Origin: Candidatus Omnitrophota bacterium | GTDB taxonomy: Bacteria > Omnitrophota > Gorgyraeia > 2-01-FULL-45-10 | Assembly (NCBI GenBank): GCA_026387175.1 | Contig: JAPLME010000003.1 | Coordinates: 41,178 to 105,177, forward strand | Length of the DNA stretch: 64,000 nucleotides | Direction: 5' to 3' | Made by a program: the position numbers and the translations under genes | Shown: positions 1-9,262 of the stretch, one piece after another | How the letters are laid out: every line of letters starts with the position of its first letter | How positions within the stretch are numbered: the first letter of the stretch is position 1 | Notes under the pieces: generated by a model | Databases searched by the model: none | The model's input: only the letters and a program-made list of their open reading frames with translations | What the model was told of the DNA's origin: nothing

Positions 1-693
1 GCCACCCGATCTGAAGACATCCACTCTTAAATCTTCCGGCTTTACCTCGATATCAACTTCCTCCGCCTCCGGCAATACCGCTACCGTAGCGGCAGACGTA
101 TGGATCCGGCCACTCGCTTCGGTCTCCGGCACTCTTTGGACACGATGGGTACCGGACTCAAATTTCATCTTACCGTAAACCCCCGAGCCCGATATGGAGC
201 AGATTACTTCCTTATATCCGCCTTTTTCGCTGAGGCTGGAATCTATAAGCTCCACCTTCCAGCCGTTCTTCGCCGCGTATCTCGAATACATTCTTAGGAG
301 GTCTGCCGCAAAGAGAGCCGCCTCCACGCCACCGGTGCCGGCTCTTATCTCTATAATGATGCCCCTGTTTCCTCCGGAATCCTTCTCCAGCACCATATCT
401 TCCAGGCTGGCCGCGGATTTTTTCAGGGCCTCACTGAGCCTGTGTTTCTCCTCCTCCGCCAGGACCAGGAACTCCTTATCATGGGTCTTGTCGCTGAGCA
501 CCTTCTCCAGGTCTTTAATATCCGCCGTCATCTTCATGTGCTCGTTATACGCGTTGATTATCGGCGTAAGCGAGGATAACTCCTTGGCATACGACTGGTA
601 CTCAGAGCTATTACCAATGACTTTCGGATCGGCCAATAACTCATGCAGACGGTCATACCTCTTTCGGCGCTCTTCAATTATCTTCTCGATCAT
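1..693 (-). CDS. prfA: Peptide chain release factor 1, N-terminal part; the gene runs off the window start
   Basis: Manual minus-strand translation from the ATG at 693-691 gives [33 protein letters not shown]..., typical of a PrfA N-terminus. It has no stop inside the window, so it is absent from the ORF track. The downstream position relative to rho-rpmE is conserved synteny. Confidence 0.75.
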   Translation of the reverse strand, partial: MIEKIIEERRKRYDRLHELLADPKVIGNSSEYQSYAKELSSLTPIINAYNEHMKMTADIKDLEKVLSDKTHDKEFLVLAEEEKHRLSEALKKSAASLEDMVLEKDSGGNRGIIIEIRAGTGGVEAALFAADLLRMYSRYAAKNGWKVELIDSSLSEKGGYKEVICSISGSGVYGKMKFESGTHRVQRVPETEASGRIHTSAATVAVLPEAEEVDIEVKPEDLRVDVFRSGG

Positions 694-699
694 ACTTTA

Positions 700-972
700 T
701 TAAGCGGTTTTACCTTCGCCGGGCTTTTCCTCTTTTTTCACTTCGGCCTTTTCAGCCTTCACCTTAGGCTTGGTCTTGCCCGCGTAGCGCTTCGAGAACT
801 TCTCGATGCGGCCGGCGGAGTCGACCAGTTTCTGCGTGCCGGTGAAGAACGGATGGCACTTCGAACAGAGATCGACATGTATACTCGGCTTTGTTGAGCG
901 GGTCTTTATCACCTCGCCGCAAACGCAGACTATCGTAGACTCTTTATATACAGGATGAATTTTATCCTTCAT
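700..972 (-). CDS. rpmE: 50S ribosomal protein L31 (zinc-binding type) with a Lys-rich C-terminal tail
   Basis: MKDKIHPVY...CVCGEV...[10 protein letters not shown] is an L31 signature. The SD AGGAGGGGA lies upstream. Confidence 0.9.
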   Translation of the reverse strand: MKDKIHPVYKESTIVCVCGEVIKTRSTKPSIHVDLCSKCHPFFTGTQKLVDSAGRIEKFSKRYAGKTKPKVKAEKAEVKKEEKPGEGKTA

Positions 973-985
973 ACTCCCCTCCTAG

Positions 986-1036
986 TTTATTCAGCCTTAT
1001 TGCAGGCTAAGTGCCGATATCTCTGATATCGGCCTT
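986..1036 (-). repeat. 51-nt structured leader element, copy 1 of 2. It contains the 9-bp-arm palindrome GCCGATATC-tct-GATATCGGC (1013-1033) and lies immediately 5' of the rpmE SD.
   Basis: Near-identical copy (2 mismatches) at 23718-23768, upstream of yajC. Confidence 0.7.
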
Positions 1037-1051
1037 ATTTTATTTTTTGCT

Positions 1052-2299
1052 TTACTGGTTCATCGACATTAAAAATTCGGCATTCGTCTTCGTCTTCGAC
1101 AGCTTCTCTATCAATAACTGCATAGCCTCGTCGCTATTAAGCTCGTTCAGCGCCTTCCTCATGAGCCATATGCGCTTCAGCTCATCGGGATGGAGCAGCA
1201 GCTCTTCCTTCCTGGTGTTCGACCGCTTTATATCGATCGCGGGATATATCCTCTTCTGGAAGAGGTTCCTGTCCATCTGGAGTTCCATATTGCCGGTGCC
1301 CTTGAACTCTTCGAATATGACATCGTCCATCCTGGAGCCGGTATCGATGAGGGCCGTCGCTATTATCGTGAGACTTCCCCCCTCCTCGATATTACGCGCG
1401 GCGCCGAAGAACCTCTTCGGCTTCTGCAGAGCGTTCGAATCGACGCCTCCGGATAGTATCTTGCCCGAATGCGGCACGACCGAATTGTATGCGCGCGCGA
1501 GCCGCGTAATCGAGTCAAGCAGTATCACAACGTCTTTCTTGGACTCGACCAGCCTCTTCGCCTTCTCGAGCACTATCTCCGCCACCTGTATGTGCCTCTC
1601 CGCCGGCTCATCGAACGTGGAGCTTATCACCTCGCCCTTCACCGAGCGCTGCATATCCGTGACCTCTTCCGGGCGCTCGTCTATCAGAAGCACTATCAGC
1701 ACGACTTCGGGATAATTTGTAGTTATGGAATTCGCGAACTTCTGCAGGAGCACCGTCTTGCCGCTGTACGGAGGCGCGACTATCAGGCCCCTCTGCCCCT
1801 TTCCGACCGGCGCGAGGAGATCCATTATCCTCATCGATATCTCCTTGGGACTACTCTCCAGTATGAAGCGCTTATTCGGATAGAGCGGGGTAAGATTATC
1901 GAAGAGCGTCTTGTCCTTGGTCTCATCCGGATTTCCTAAATTAACCGCCTCCACCTTGAGCAGCGCGAAGTATCTCTCGCCCTCCTTCGGCGGGCGGATC
2001 TGGCCGCTGACCGTATCGCCGGTACGCAGGTTAAAACGGCGTATCTGGGACGGGGATACGTATATGTCGTCGGGCCCGGGGAGATAATTATAATCGGGAC
2101 TCCTCATGAATCCAAATCCGTCCGGAAGTATCTCCAGCACGCCCTCGCCGAATATAAGGCCCTCCTTTTCGGTCTTGGCCTGCAGGATCTTGAATATGAG
2201 ATCCTGCTTCTTCAGTCCGCTCATGCCGTTGACATTGAGGTCCTTCGCAAGCTTCGTCAATTCGGCGATGCTCATCGCCTTGAGCTCGGCTATCTCCAT
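1052..2299 (-). CDS. rho: Transcription termination factor Rho
   Basis: Aligns end-to-end with E. coli Rho ([17 protein letters not shown].. ~ MNLTELKNTPVSELITL.., Walker A GKT, RNA-binding and ATPase regions). The longest ORF extends to 2461 as a K/E-rich extension that overlaps coaE by 172 bp. A strong SD (GGGAGG) precedes the ATG at 2299, so the 2299 start is preferred. Confidence 0.9.
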   Translation of the reverse strand: MEIAELKAMSIAELTKLAKDLNVNGMSGLKKQDLIFKILQAKTEKEGLIFGEGVLEILPDGFGFMRSPDYNYLPGPDDIYVSPSQIRRFNLRTGDTVSGQIRPPKEGERYFALLKVEAVNLGNPDETKDKTLFDNLTPLYPNKRFILESSPKEISMRIMDLLAPVGKGQRGLIVAPPYSGKTVLLQKFANSITTNYPEVVLIVLLIDERPEEVTDMQRSVKGEVISSTFDEPAERHIQVAEIVLEKAKRLVESKKDVVILLDSITRLARAYNSVVPHSGKILSGGVDSNALQKPKRFFGAARNIEEGGSLTIIATALIDTGSRMDDVIFEEFKGTGNMELQMDRNLFQKRIYPAIDIKRSNTRKEELLLHPDELKRIWLMRKALNELNSDEAMQLLIEKLSKTKTNAEFLMSMNQ

Positions 2300-2880
2300 A
2301 CGATTTCCTCCCATACTTTTCTTACCTGGCTTCTCGTCAGGCTTCTCGTCCTGTCGTTCCGCACGACGAAGTCCGCCATTTTCAGTTTTCTCTTCATTGA
2401 TATCTGGCTCCTTATCCTCTTTAACACTTCTTCCCTCTTTATGTGAAACTTTTTTAAGCATCTCTCGATCTGCCTTTTTTTAGAACTTTTAACAACGACC
2501 AGTTTATCGACTATATTTAAAAGACGCGCCTCGATCAAAAGCGGCGCATCTATAACCACGACGGCGTTTTTACCGGCCGCCTTAATTTTCGCCTTTATCA
2601 CCCGTATGACTTCGGGGTGCACTATTCTGTTCAATTTCTTGACCGACCGTTTACTGCTGAACGCCAGAGCGGCAAGCTTCTTCCTGTCGATCTCGCGGCC
2701 GGGCGCGAGTATACCGGAGCCGAAAGCGCCGATTATCTTTTTATATGCAGGCTTACCCTTCTTAATAACTCCATGAGCGATCGTATCGGCGTCTATGACG
2801 CTGGCTCCGAGGGACTTAAATATCGAGGCCACAAACGTCTTACCCGTGCCAAAAGATCCCGTCAGCCCTATTACCGTCAC
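2290..2880 (-). CDS. coaE: Dephospho-CoA kinase
   Basis: [16 protein letters not shown]-loop and CoaE-like length and layout. Confidence 0.85.
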   Translation of the reverse strand: MTVIGLTGSFGTGKTFVASIFKSLGASVIDADTIAHGVIKKGKPAYKKIIGAFGSGILAPGREIDRKKLAALAFSSKRSVKKLNRIVHPEVIRVIKAKIKAAGKNAVVVIDAPLLIEARLLNIVDKLVVVKSSKKRQIERCLKKFHIKREEVLKRIRSQISMKRKLKMADFVVRNDRTRSLTRSQVRKVWEEIVWR

Positions 2881-2881
2881 T

Positions 2882-4270
2882 CTATCGCCTCCGGATCTTA
2901 TTATAGAGCCCTATATAATCCTTCGCCGAGACTTTCCATGAGAAGTCGAGCTCCATGACCTTCTTAACGAACTCTCTCCATGCGCTCCTGTGCTGGTGAA
3001 GGCTAAGCGCCTTCTTTATTGCCGCAAGAAGCGCCTCCGGCTTATATTCTTCGAAGGTGAATCCGGTGCCTTCCTTAGTATCAAGCGCGTATTCGCGTAT
3101 GCTGTCCTTTAGTCCCCCTGTCCGGCGCGCGACGGGGATGGTGCCGTATTTGTAACTTATCATCTGGCTCAAGCCGCACGGCTCATATCTGGACGGGATT
3201 AAAAATATATCACAGGCCGCGTAAATCTTCTCCGCGAGGATAGCGTCAAACTTTAAATTTATCGATGTATTCTTCTGGTGCGCCTTCGCCATCTTTTCCA
3301 GGAGCACGTGGTATTTATGATCTCCTACGCCCAATAAAACGAACTGCACCTTCATACTCAAAATATCATTAATTATCTTCGCGAGTATATCCATGCCCTT
3401 CTGGTCTGCCAGGCGCGATATGATACCTATCATCGGAATATCGCAGTCGACCTTCAATCCCAGATCCTTCTGCAGGGCCTCTTTATTGATATACTTGTCG
3501 TCGAGGTTCTCTATCGAATAATTCTTCACCAGTTCGGTATTGGTAGCCGGATTCCAGATATCGTAATCTATGCCGTTCAGGATACCGTAAAGAACATCCT
3601 TCCTGGTCTGTAGTACCCCTTCTAAGCCGCAGCCGTATTCTTTCGTCAATATCTCCCTGGCATATGTCGGGCTCACGGTGCTTACCGCGTCGGCATAGAC
3701 GATACCGGCCTTCATCAAATTGATCTGTCCGTAAAATTCGAAATAGTGTATGTGAAACAATGCCCAATCCAGCCCCATCTTCGGGAAATCATCTTTATGG
3801 AAGAGGCCCTGATAGGCTATATTATGGATCGTAAATAGCGTGCGGGTATTCGCGAAGAACGGGTCGTATTTATAGATGGTATTGAGGTATACCGGAATAA
3901 GCGCCGTATGCCAGTCATTGCAATGTATTATATCGGGCCTGAAGCCTTCCTTTATGCACCTCTCCAGGACCTGTCTCGAGAAGAACGCGAAGCGGTCGAG
4001 GTTATCGGCGTAATCTCCGAACTTATCGCCGTAGAGCTCTTTTCTGTTGAAATAATCATCGTTCTCGACCAGATAGACCTTCACGTTTTTGCCTATCGTC
4101 GTCTCGCTGTCAGCGGTTTTAACGGAGCGGTATTTCGGCATTATGACGCGCACATCCACGCCGAGGGCTTCGAGCGCTATAGGCAGGCTCCCTGCGACAT
4201 CCGCCAGTCCGCCTGTCTTGGCGAACGGCACAACCTCGCTCGACGCGAATAGTACTTTCAATTTTTCCAA
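2882..4270 (-). CDS. glgA: Glycogen/starch synthase (GT5 family)
   Basis: N-terminal KTGGLADV motif; GT-B fold; 462 aa. Confidence 0.85.
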   Translation of the reverse strand: MEKLKVLFASSEVVPFAKTGGLADVAGSLPIALEALGVDVRVIMPKYRSVKTADSETTIGKNVKVYLVENDDYFNRKELYGDKFGDYADNLDRFAFFSRQVLERCIKEGFRPDIIHCNDWHTALIPVYLNTIYKYDPFFANTRTLFTIHNIAYQGLFHKDDFPKMGLDWALFHIHYFEFYGQINLMKAGIVYADAVSTVSPTYAREILTKEYGCGLEGVLQTRKDVLYGILNGIDYDIWNPATNTELVKNYSIENLDDKYINKEALQKDLGLKVDCDIPMIGIISRLADQKGMDILAKIINDILSMKVQFVLLGVGDHKYHVLLEKMAKAHQKNTSINLKFDAILAEKIYAACDIFLIPSRYEPCGLSQMISYKYGTIPVARRTGGLKDSIREYALDTKEGTGFTFEEYKPEALLAAIKKALSLHQHRSAWREFVKKVMELDFSWKVSAKDYIGLYNKIRRR

Positions 4271-4292
4271 TTCAGATCTCCCCTGGCGGCAA

Positions 4293-6959
4293 CTAAGAGC
4301 CGTATTTCTCCTGCTCCAGCCAATTTTTGCCGACCTCTATATGCGCCTCGACCGGCACTTTCAATTTTATGACATTCTCCATGCCGTCTTTCACGATCCG
4401 GTAGCTCTCTTCCAATTCCTTCTTCGGGACGTCGAAGACGAGCTCATCATGGACCTGCAGCGTCATCTTTGTCCCCAATCCCTTCCTGGCAAGTTTTTCG
4501 TTTATGGCTATCATCGCGACCTTTATCACATCGGCCGCGGATCCCTGGATCGGCGCATTTATGGCGGTCCTCTCCGCGAACTGCCTCATCCTCATATCGG
4601 GGCTGTTTATTTCCGGGATATAACGCCGGCGCCCCAGAATGGTTGTAACGTAACCTTTCTCCCTGGCCTCGACCATCAGCGACTCCATATATTGTTTAAC
4701 GTCGGGATATCTCTCGAAGTAAGCGTCGATAAACTCCTTGGCCTTACTCACGTCTATATTCAAGCTCTGAGATAGCCCGTACGGGCTCATCCCGTAGATT
4801 ATGCCGAAGTTGACGGTCTTGGCCATGCCGCGCATCTCAGCCGTAACATCTTTTTCATCCACATTAAAGACCAGGCTCGCCGTGAACGAATGGATGTCTA
4901 GGCCTTCCCTGAACGCCTTCGTGAGGTGTTTGTCGCCGGACATATGCGCCAGTATCCTGAGTTCGATCTGCGAATAGTCCGCCGAAAGGAGCAGCCTTTC
5001 TTTCCCTGAGGGAATGAAAGCTCTTCGTATCTTTCGCCCCTCCTCGGTCCTTATCGGGATATTCTGCAGATTCGGCCCGCTCGATGAAAGCCTGCCCGTC
5101 GCGGTGACCGCCTGATTAAACGAAGTATGTATCTTGTGCGTCTTCGGATTCAGAAGATCCGGAAGAGAATCCACATATGTGGATTTAAGCTTAGAAAGCT
5201 CCCTGTATTCCAAAAGCGTCTGTGGCAATTTATGTAAGGAGGCGAGTTTCGTAAGGACCTCTTCGTCGGTGGAGTTCCCTGTCTTGGTCCTTCTGATCAC
5301 CGGAAGCTTGAGCTTTTCGAACAGTATCTCCGAAAGCTGTTTCGGCGAGTTGATATTGAACTCCGCGCCCGCCATCTCATATATATTCTTCGTAAGCCTG
5401 GCCAGTTTCTTTTCCATCTCGGATGAGAGGTCGGCAAGATATTCTTTATCTATGGAAACGCCCGTTATCTCCATCGAGGCCAGGACCTCTATAAGTGGCA
5501 TCTCCACCTTGTAGAAGAGGTCGTCCAGGCCCTTATCGGAGATCTCTTTCTCCAATATTTTGGCCAGGCGCAGCGTCACATCGCTGTCTTCACAGCAGTA
5601 CGCGCATACTCTGCCGACATCGACAAGATCCATTGTGATCGCTTTTTTGCCTTTACCTATCAGCTCTTCTATAGGCGTAGTCATCTTATGGTTCAGATAT
5701 TCGATCGAGATCTCTTCCAGATTATGGTTCGGCTTCGAAGGATTAAGGAGGTACGAAGCCACCATGGTATCAAAGAACTCACCGGCAAGTTTTATGCCAT
5801 AGTTAGCCAAAATTATATATTCATATTTGATATTCTGGCCGATCTTCCTGACGGACGCGTCTTCAAAGATGGTTTTGAGCTCACCGAGAACGGTATCGCA
5901 ATCAAAGTACTTATTAACTGGCACATAACAAGCACGCCCCACTTTCCATGAAAAAGAGACTCCGACAAGAGAAGCCAGCATCGGATCTTCGGATGTCGTC
6001 TCAAAATCGAATGCGAATTCATCCAGATCCCTTAGTTCTTCTACGAGTTTTTTGAATTTCTTGTCATCATCGATCAGTTCGTATACGGATTTAAGTGCTT
6101 TCTTGGGAGTGAATTCCTTTATGAGCGACTTAAATTCCAGTTCCTTGAAGAGCTCCAAAAGCTTTTCCTGATCGGGCTCTTTAAGAACAAGTGCTTTAAA
6201 GTCGATATCTATCGGCACATTCGTATCGACTACGGCAAGCTCTCTGCTCAAGACAGCGATCTTCTCATTTTCACGCAGCGTCTTTTTTCTTGCTTCGCCT
6301 TTAACCTTATCGACATTCTTCAAGAGATTATCGAGGCTCCCGAATTCACTGATGAGTTCTATGGCGGTCTTTTCACCGATACCCTGAACACCGGGTATAT
6401 TGTCCGAGGTATCACCCATCAACGCCATTATGTCAGGCATCATATCAGGGGTAACGCCGTACCTCTCCTTTACCTTGCCCGCATCATAGATCAGGCCGTC
6501 TTTATTCGTGTTATAGACTTTTATATGGTTATTGACAAGCTGAAGGGCATCTTTATCGCCGGTGGCGATAAAGGTCTCGATATCGTTCTCTTCTGCCTTC
6601 TTCGCTATAGTTGCCAGGACATCGTCAGCCTCATAGCCTTCCAACTGGTATATAGGTATATTGTAGGCTGAGACCACTTTCTTGATATAAGGCATCTGTC
6701 CCACAAGCTCATCGGGCATGGGTTTACGGTGTATCTTATACTCCTCATATCTCTTATGCCTGAAAGTCGGACCCTTCATATCGAAAGCCACCGCCAGCAT
6801 ATCAGGCGCGTTATCTTTGATTATCTTGCCCAGCATGGTCACGAAGCCATATACGGCATTGGTCGGCTGGCCCCTGGAATTGGAAAGCGACCGTATGGCA
6901 TAAAAAGCCCTATAGCAGAATGAATTTCCATCGATCAGAAAGAGTCTCTTTTTGGACAT
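4293..6959 (-). CDS. polA: DNA polymerase I (5'-3' exonuclease, 3'-5' exonuclease and polymerase domains)
   Basis: 888 aa; 5' nuclease N-terminus; pol A family motifs (RRxAKxxNFGxxYG-like, VHDE). Confidence 0.95.
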   Translation of the reverse strand: MSKKRLFLIDGNSFCYRAFYAIRSLSNSRGQPTNAVYGFVTMLGKIIKDNAPDMLAVAFDMKGPTFRHKRYEEYKIHRKPMPDELVGQMPYIKKVVSAYNIPIYQLEGYEADDVLATIAKKAEENDIETFIATGDKDALQLVNNHIKVYNTNKDGLIYDAGKVKERYGVTPDMMPDIMALMGDTSDNIPGVQGIGEKTAIELISEFGSLDNLLKNVDKVKGEARKKTLRENEKIAVLSRELAVVDTNVPIDIDFKALVLKEPDQEKLLELFKELEFKSLIKEFTPKKALKSVYELIDDDKKFKKLVEELRDLDEFAFDFETTSEDPMLASLVGVSFSWKVGRACYVPVNKYFDCDTVLGELKTIFEDASVRKIGQNIKYEYIILANYGIKLAGEFFDTMVASYLLNPSKPNHNLEEISIEYLNHKMTTPIEELIGKGKKAITMDLVDVGRVCAYCCEDSDVTLRLAKILEKEISDKGLDDLFYKVEMPLIEVLASMEITGVSIDKEYLADLSSEMEKKLARLTKNIYEMAGAEFNINSPKQLSEILFEKLKLPVIRRTKTGNSTDEEVLTKLASLHKLPQTLLEYRELSKLKSTYVDSLPDLLNPKTHKIHTSFNQAVTATGRLSSSGPNLQNIPIRTEEGRKIRRAFIPSGKERLLLSADYSQIELRILAHMSGDKHLTKAFREGLDIHSFTASLVFNVDEKDVTAEMRGMAKTVNFGIIYGMSPYGLSQSLNIDVSKAKEFIDAYFERYPDVKQYMESLMVEAREKGYVTTILGRRRYIPEINSPDMRMRQFAERTAINAPIQGSAADVIKVAMIAINEKLARKGLGTKMTLQVHDELVFDVPKKELEESYRIVKDGMENVIKLKVPVEAHIEVGKNWLEQEKYGS

Positions 6960-7091
6960 TACACGGCAAGCCTTATGAGGTATGTTTACAGAGGGATGCT
7001 TTCAACATTTATAATAGATTCTATTTTTTAGGGATTTAATCTCTCGGAAATCAATGCGAAAGAGGACGTCAGAACCACTAAACCTATATTA

Positions 7092-7119
7092 ATTATACGG
7101 ATATATGCGGTTTTGTCAA
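7092..7119 (-). promoter_or_regulatory. Sigma-70-like promoter for polA: TTGACA-N16-TATAAT
   Basis: Minus-strand -35 TTGACA at 7119-7114 and -10 TATAAT at 7097-7092, about 130 nt upstream of the polA ATG. Confidence 0.45.
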
Positions 7120-7144
7120 CAAAAATTATGCTTATTACCTTATT

Positions 7145-7348
7145 TCAATGTTTCGCGTCACTGCCGTCAATGCGGCCCGTGTATTCATTCGAGGCATAGC
7201 CCTGCCCATGGCCGCCCCGATACGGACTGCCGTAAACAGCAGGACTGGCTGGATTTTTCAGATGCTGCCTGTTCAGCAATAGTACCGCTATAACAAGAAA
7301 TATTAACGCCAACAATATTTGACTTATAAACACTACCGGCTTCTTCAT
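7145..7348 (-). CDS. Hypothetical small membrane protein (67 aa, one N-terminal TM helix)
   Basis: ORF with a hydrophobic N-terminus and weak SD; no homology recognised. Confidence 0.3.
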   Translation of the reverse strand: MKKPVVFISQILLALIFLVIAVLLLNRQHLKNPASPAVYGSPYRGGHGQGYASNEYTGRIDGSDAKH

Positions 7349-7387
7349 TTATATGCCCCTTTCTTTCCTGAACCCTGACTTATCCAC

Positions 7388-7419
7388 ATTGTAGCTGACG
7401 TTTAAACGTCAGCTACAAT
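7388..7419. repeat. 32-bp perfect palindrome ATTGTAGCTGACGTTTAAACGTCAGCTACAAT overlapping the RT stop codon; probable terminator or protein-binding hairpin
   Basis: Exact reverse-complement symmetry. A related 32-bp palindrome with the same GTTTAAAC core is at 50631-50662. Confidence 0.8.
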
Positions 7420-8500
7420 CATGGTATCCAGTAATATATCCTTGAGCGAACTCTCGAGCTTTTTATGTACCAGATCCTTAAACAGCCTATGCCGCAAGCC
7501 GCCTGTACTGGCGTGCTTGCTGTGCGCCACCCAACAGCGGACGGAATCGCGGATCTCCTTCTCATTCATTTCGCCGTTTTCAAAGAGATGAGTAAATTTC
7601 CCGAGCCTTTTTCTGAAGCGCCTGACATTATCAGATGTAAGGCGCCTATAATCCTTATATATCCTGAACCCTAAGAACTTGATCCCTTTCTCGGTATTGT
7701 AAATCTGGGATTTTCCTTCATGCATCTGAAGCGCTAATCTCTCCTTTAAAAAATCCCTTATCTTACCTTTAACTTCAATAAGCGCTTTCTTATCATTGCC
7801 AAAGATCAAAAAATCATCCATATATCTTATGTAATGGCGAACCCTTAATTGAAACTTGACAAAATAATCCAACTCATTTAAGTAAAGGTTTGCGAGGAAC
7901 TGGCTAGTCAGGTTGCCTATAGGCAAACCTTTTACCATAGCTTCTGTGTTACCCCCCCCCCCCGGCATTTTCCGCTATCTGCCTCGCTGAATCGATTATC
8001 CCATTGATAAGCCGCAGTAGAGGCTCATCCGTAATTCTTTTGGCGAGCATACTTTTAAGTATACCGCGGTCAATCGAAGGGAAAAATTTCTTCACATCCG
8101 CGTGAAGACAGAACCTGTTCGACTTTAAAAACCTCTGGGCTCTGTCCAGGGCCTTATGCGACCCCTTATCCTTCCTGCAGGCGTATGAATCGTAAATAAA
8201 AGTCCTGTCAATGAACGGCTCGATAACGTCATGCACGGCATGATGGACTACCCTGTCCCTGAAAGGCGCGGCGGCGATCTTGCGCTCCTTCGGGTCGTAT
8301 ACGTTAAAGACACGGTACTTCCCGTGCCTGTAAGTCTTATCCGTCAATTCCCTGTGCAGTTTCTCGATCTCCTCTTCAAGAAGGAAGTTAAAATCCGCTA
8401 CCGAGTCCCTGTATCGCCGGGACCTCGCCGCCATATAGGCGGAACGATAGAGATTTTCTTTGGAAACTATCTGGGAATACAGGCCGGTTAATTTCTTCAT
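7402..8500 (-). CDS. DGR reverse transcriptase, split into two ORFs (7949-8500 and 7402-7968) by a 1-nt frameshift in a G12 homopolymer
   Basis: RT motifs FFPSID (motif 2), LPIGNLTSQ (the DGR-specific [I/L]GxxxSQ motif 4) and YMDDFLIFG (motif 5). Deleting one G from the 12-G run (plus-strand C 7952-7963) fuses both ORFs in frame (...ENAGGGGNTEAMVKGLPIGN...). Confidence 0.85.
7952..7963. repeat. C12/G12 homopolymer tract inside the RT coding sequence, at the frameshift site
   Basis: Counted directly: 12 consecutive C on the plus strand. Confidence 0.9.
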
Positions 8501-8532
8501 ATCCCTTTACTTCATTATAGTTATGGAACAAG

Positions 8533-8656
8533 AGAAGTCTTGGCACAGCGAATGCCGTTATTGTTGTTGCGATTAGCATTCGTGTTCGCCGCGTTGTTAC
8601 GGTCCGATACACGAGCGTTGGAACTGTCGTTGTTCCAATTGCCGCCGCGGTAGCCT
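8533..8656 (-). repeat. DGR template repeat (TR), about 124 bp, in the intergenic region just upstream of the RT start
   Basis: About 85% identical to the 3' end of the target gene (9269-9392). Every mismatch is a plus-strand T here, which is an A in coding sense. The coding sense is AAC/AAT-rich (CGC AAC AAC AAT AAC...). Confidence 0.9.
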
Positions 8657-8862
8657 ACAGCGCACAACAGCACTTACGGCGCCGCACCTGGATAATGCGT
8701 ATTAGCGCCTTACAGAAATATATTTAAATATCTCCATAAGGCGCCGTGGTTAATTTTTTCTTTTGTCATAAAAAACAAAGAAGGAAGGCGAGCGCCTGGA
8801 CTTCCCCTTTCCATATTCCGCTCCTGATATCCGTAAACATCAGGATTCTGGGCCTATACAAT

Positions 8863-9201
8863 TCAAAGAGCGGACGATTTTAACCAGCCGCCGACCATCT
8901 TCCCTACCTCTATGGACGATTGGCAGAAAAAATCATAAGCATGTATATTGACGTATTTCATATCTTTGGCTATACGCATCATAAAACGTAAGGCATCTAA
9001 CTTTAAATTTACTTTTATCAATATCTCTCTTTTATTTTTTGAATAAACAGCTTCGATCAACATCTCCAGTATATCCAGAAGGATCGTTTCGATCCTGTCC
9101 GCCAGTAAAAACCTCTGGTCCTTCGGAAAGTTCGCGATCTTGGGCAGCATCCAGAGGATCAACCGGTAATGCTTCTCGACTACGGGAGTTATTTTCTTCA
9201 T
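8863..9201 (-). CDS. avd: Avd-like accessory variability determinant (four-helix-bundle family, related to 23S rRNA intervening-sequence proteins)
   Basis: 112 aa; KHYRLILWMLPKIANFPKDQRFLLADRIETILLDI...EVGKMVGGWLKS resembles bAvd/TIGR02436. Positioned between the target gene and the TR. Confidence 0.7.
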   Translation of the reverse strand: MKKITPVVEKHYRLILWMLPKIANFPKDQRFLLADRIETILLDILEMLIEAVYSKNKREILIKVNLKLDALRFMMRIAKDMKYVNIHAYDFFCQSSIEVGKMVGGWLKSSAL

Positions 9202-9210
9202 TCAAACCTC

Positions 9211-9232
9211 AAAAAGGGATGTGTCCCCTTTT
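9211..9232. repeat. Hairpin AAAAAGGGATGTGTCCCCTTTT with flanking A/T tracts, between the target-gene stop and the avd start; inverted copy at 10888-10910
   Basis: Stem AAAAGGG/CCCTTTT with loop ATGTGTC. About 27 of 31 nt including flanks are reverse-complementary to the element in the target 5' UTR. Confidence 0.6.
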
Positions 9233-9262
9233 CAAAAATTCAAAAACCCAAAGAGCTACAAA

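Noticed and set aside
194-1939. Several plus-strand ORFs (194-703, 643-897, 1011-1715, 1190-1456, 1469-1939) antisense to prfA, rpmE and rho
   Set aside because: They lie entirely inside well-supported minus-strand housekeeping genes, have low-complexity Ser/Leu/Arg-rich translations, and have no SD.
8388-8612. 74-aa minus-strand ORF spanning the RT start and the TR
   Set aside because: It is a fortuitous translation of the AAC-rich template repeat and the RT 5' end. It has no SD, and it overlaps a functional non-coding DGR element.
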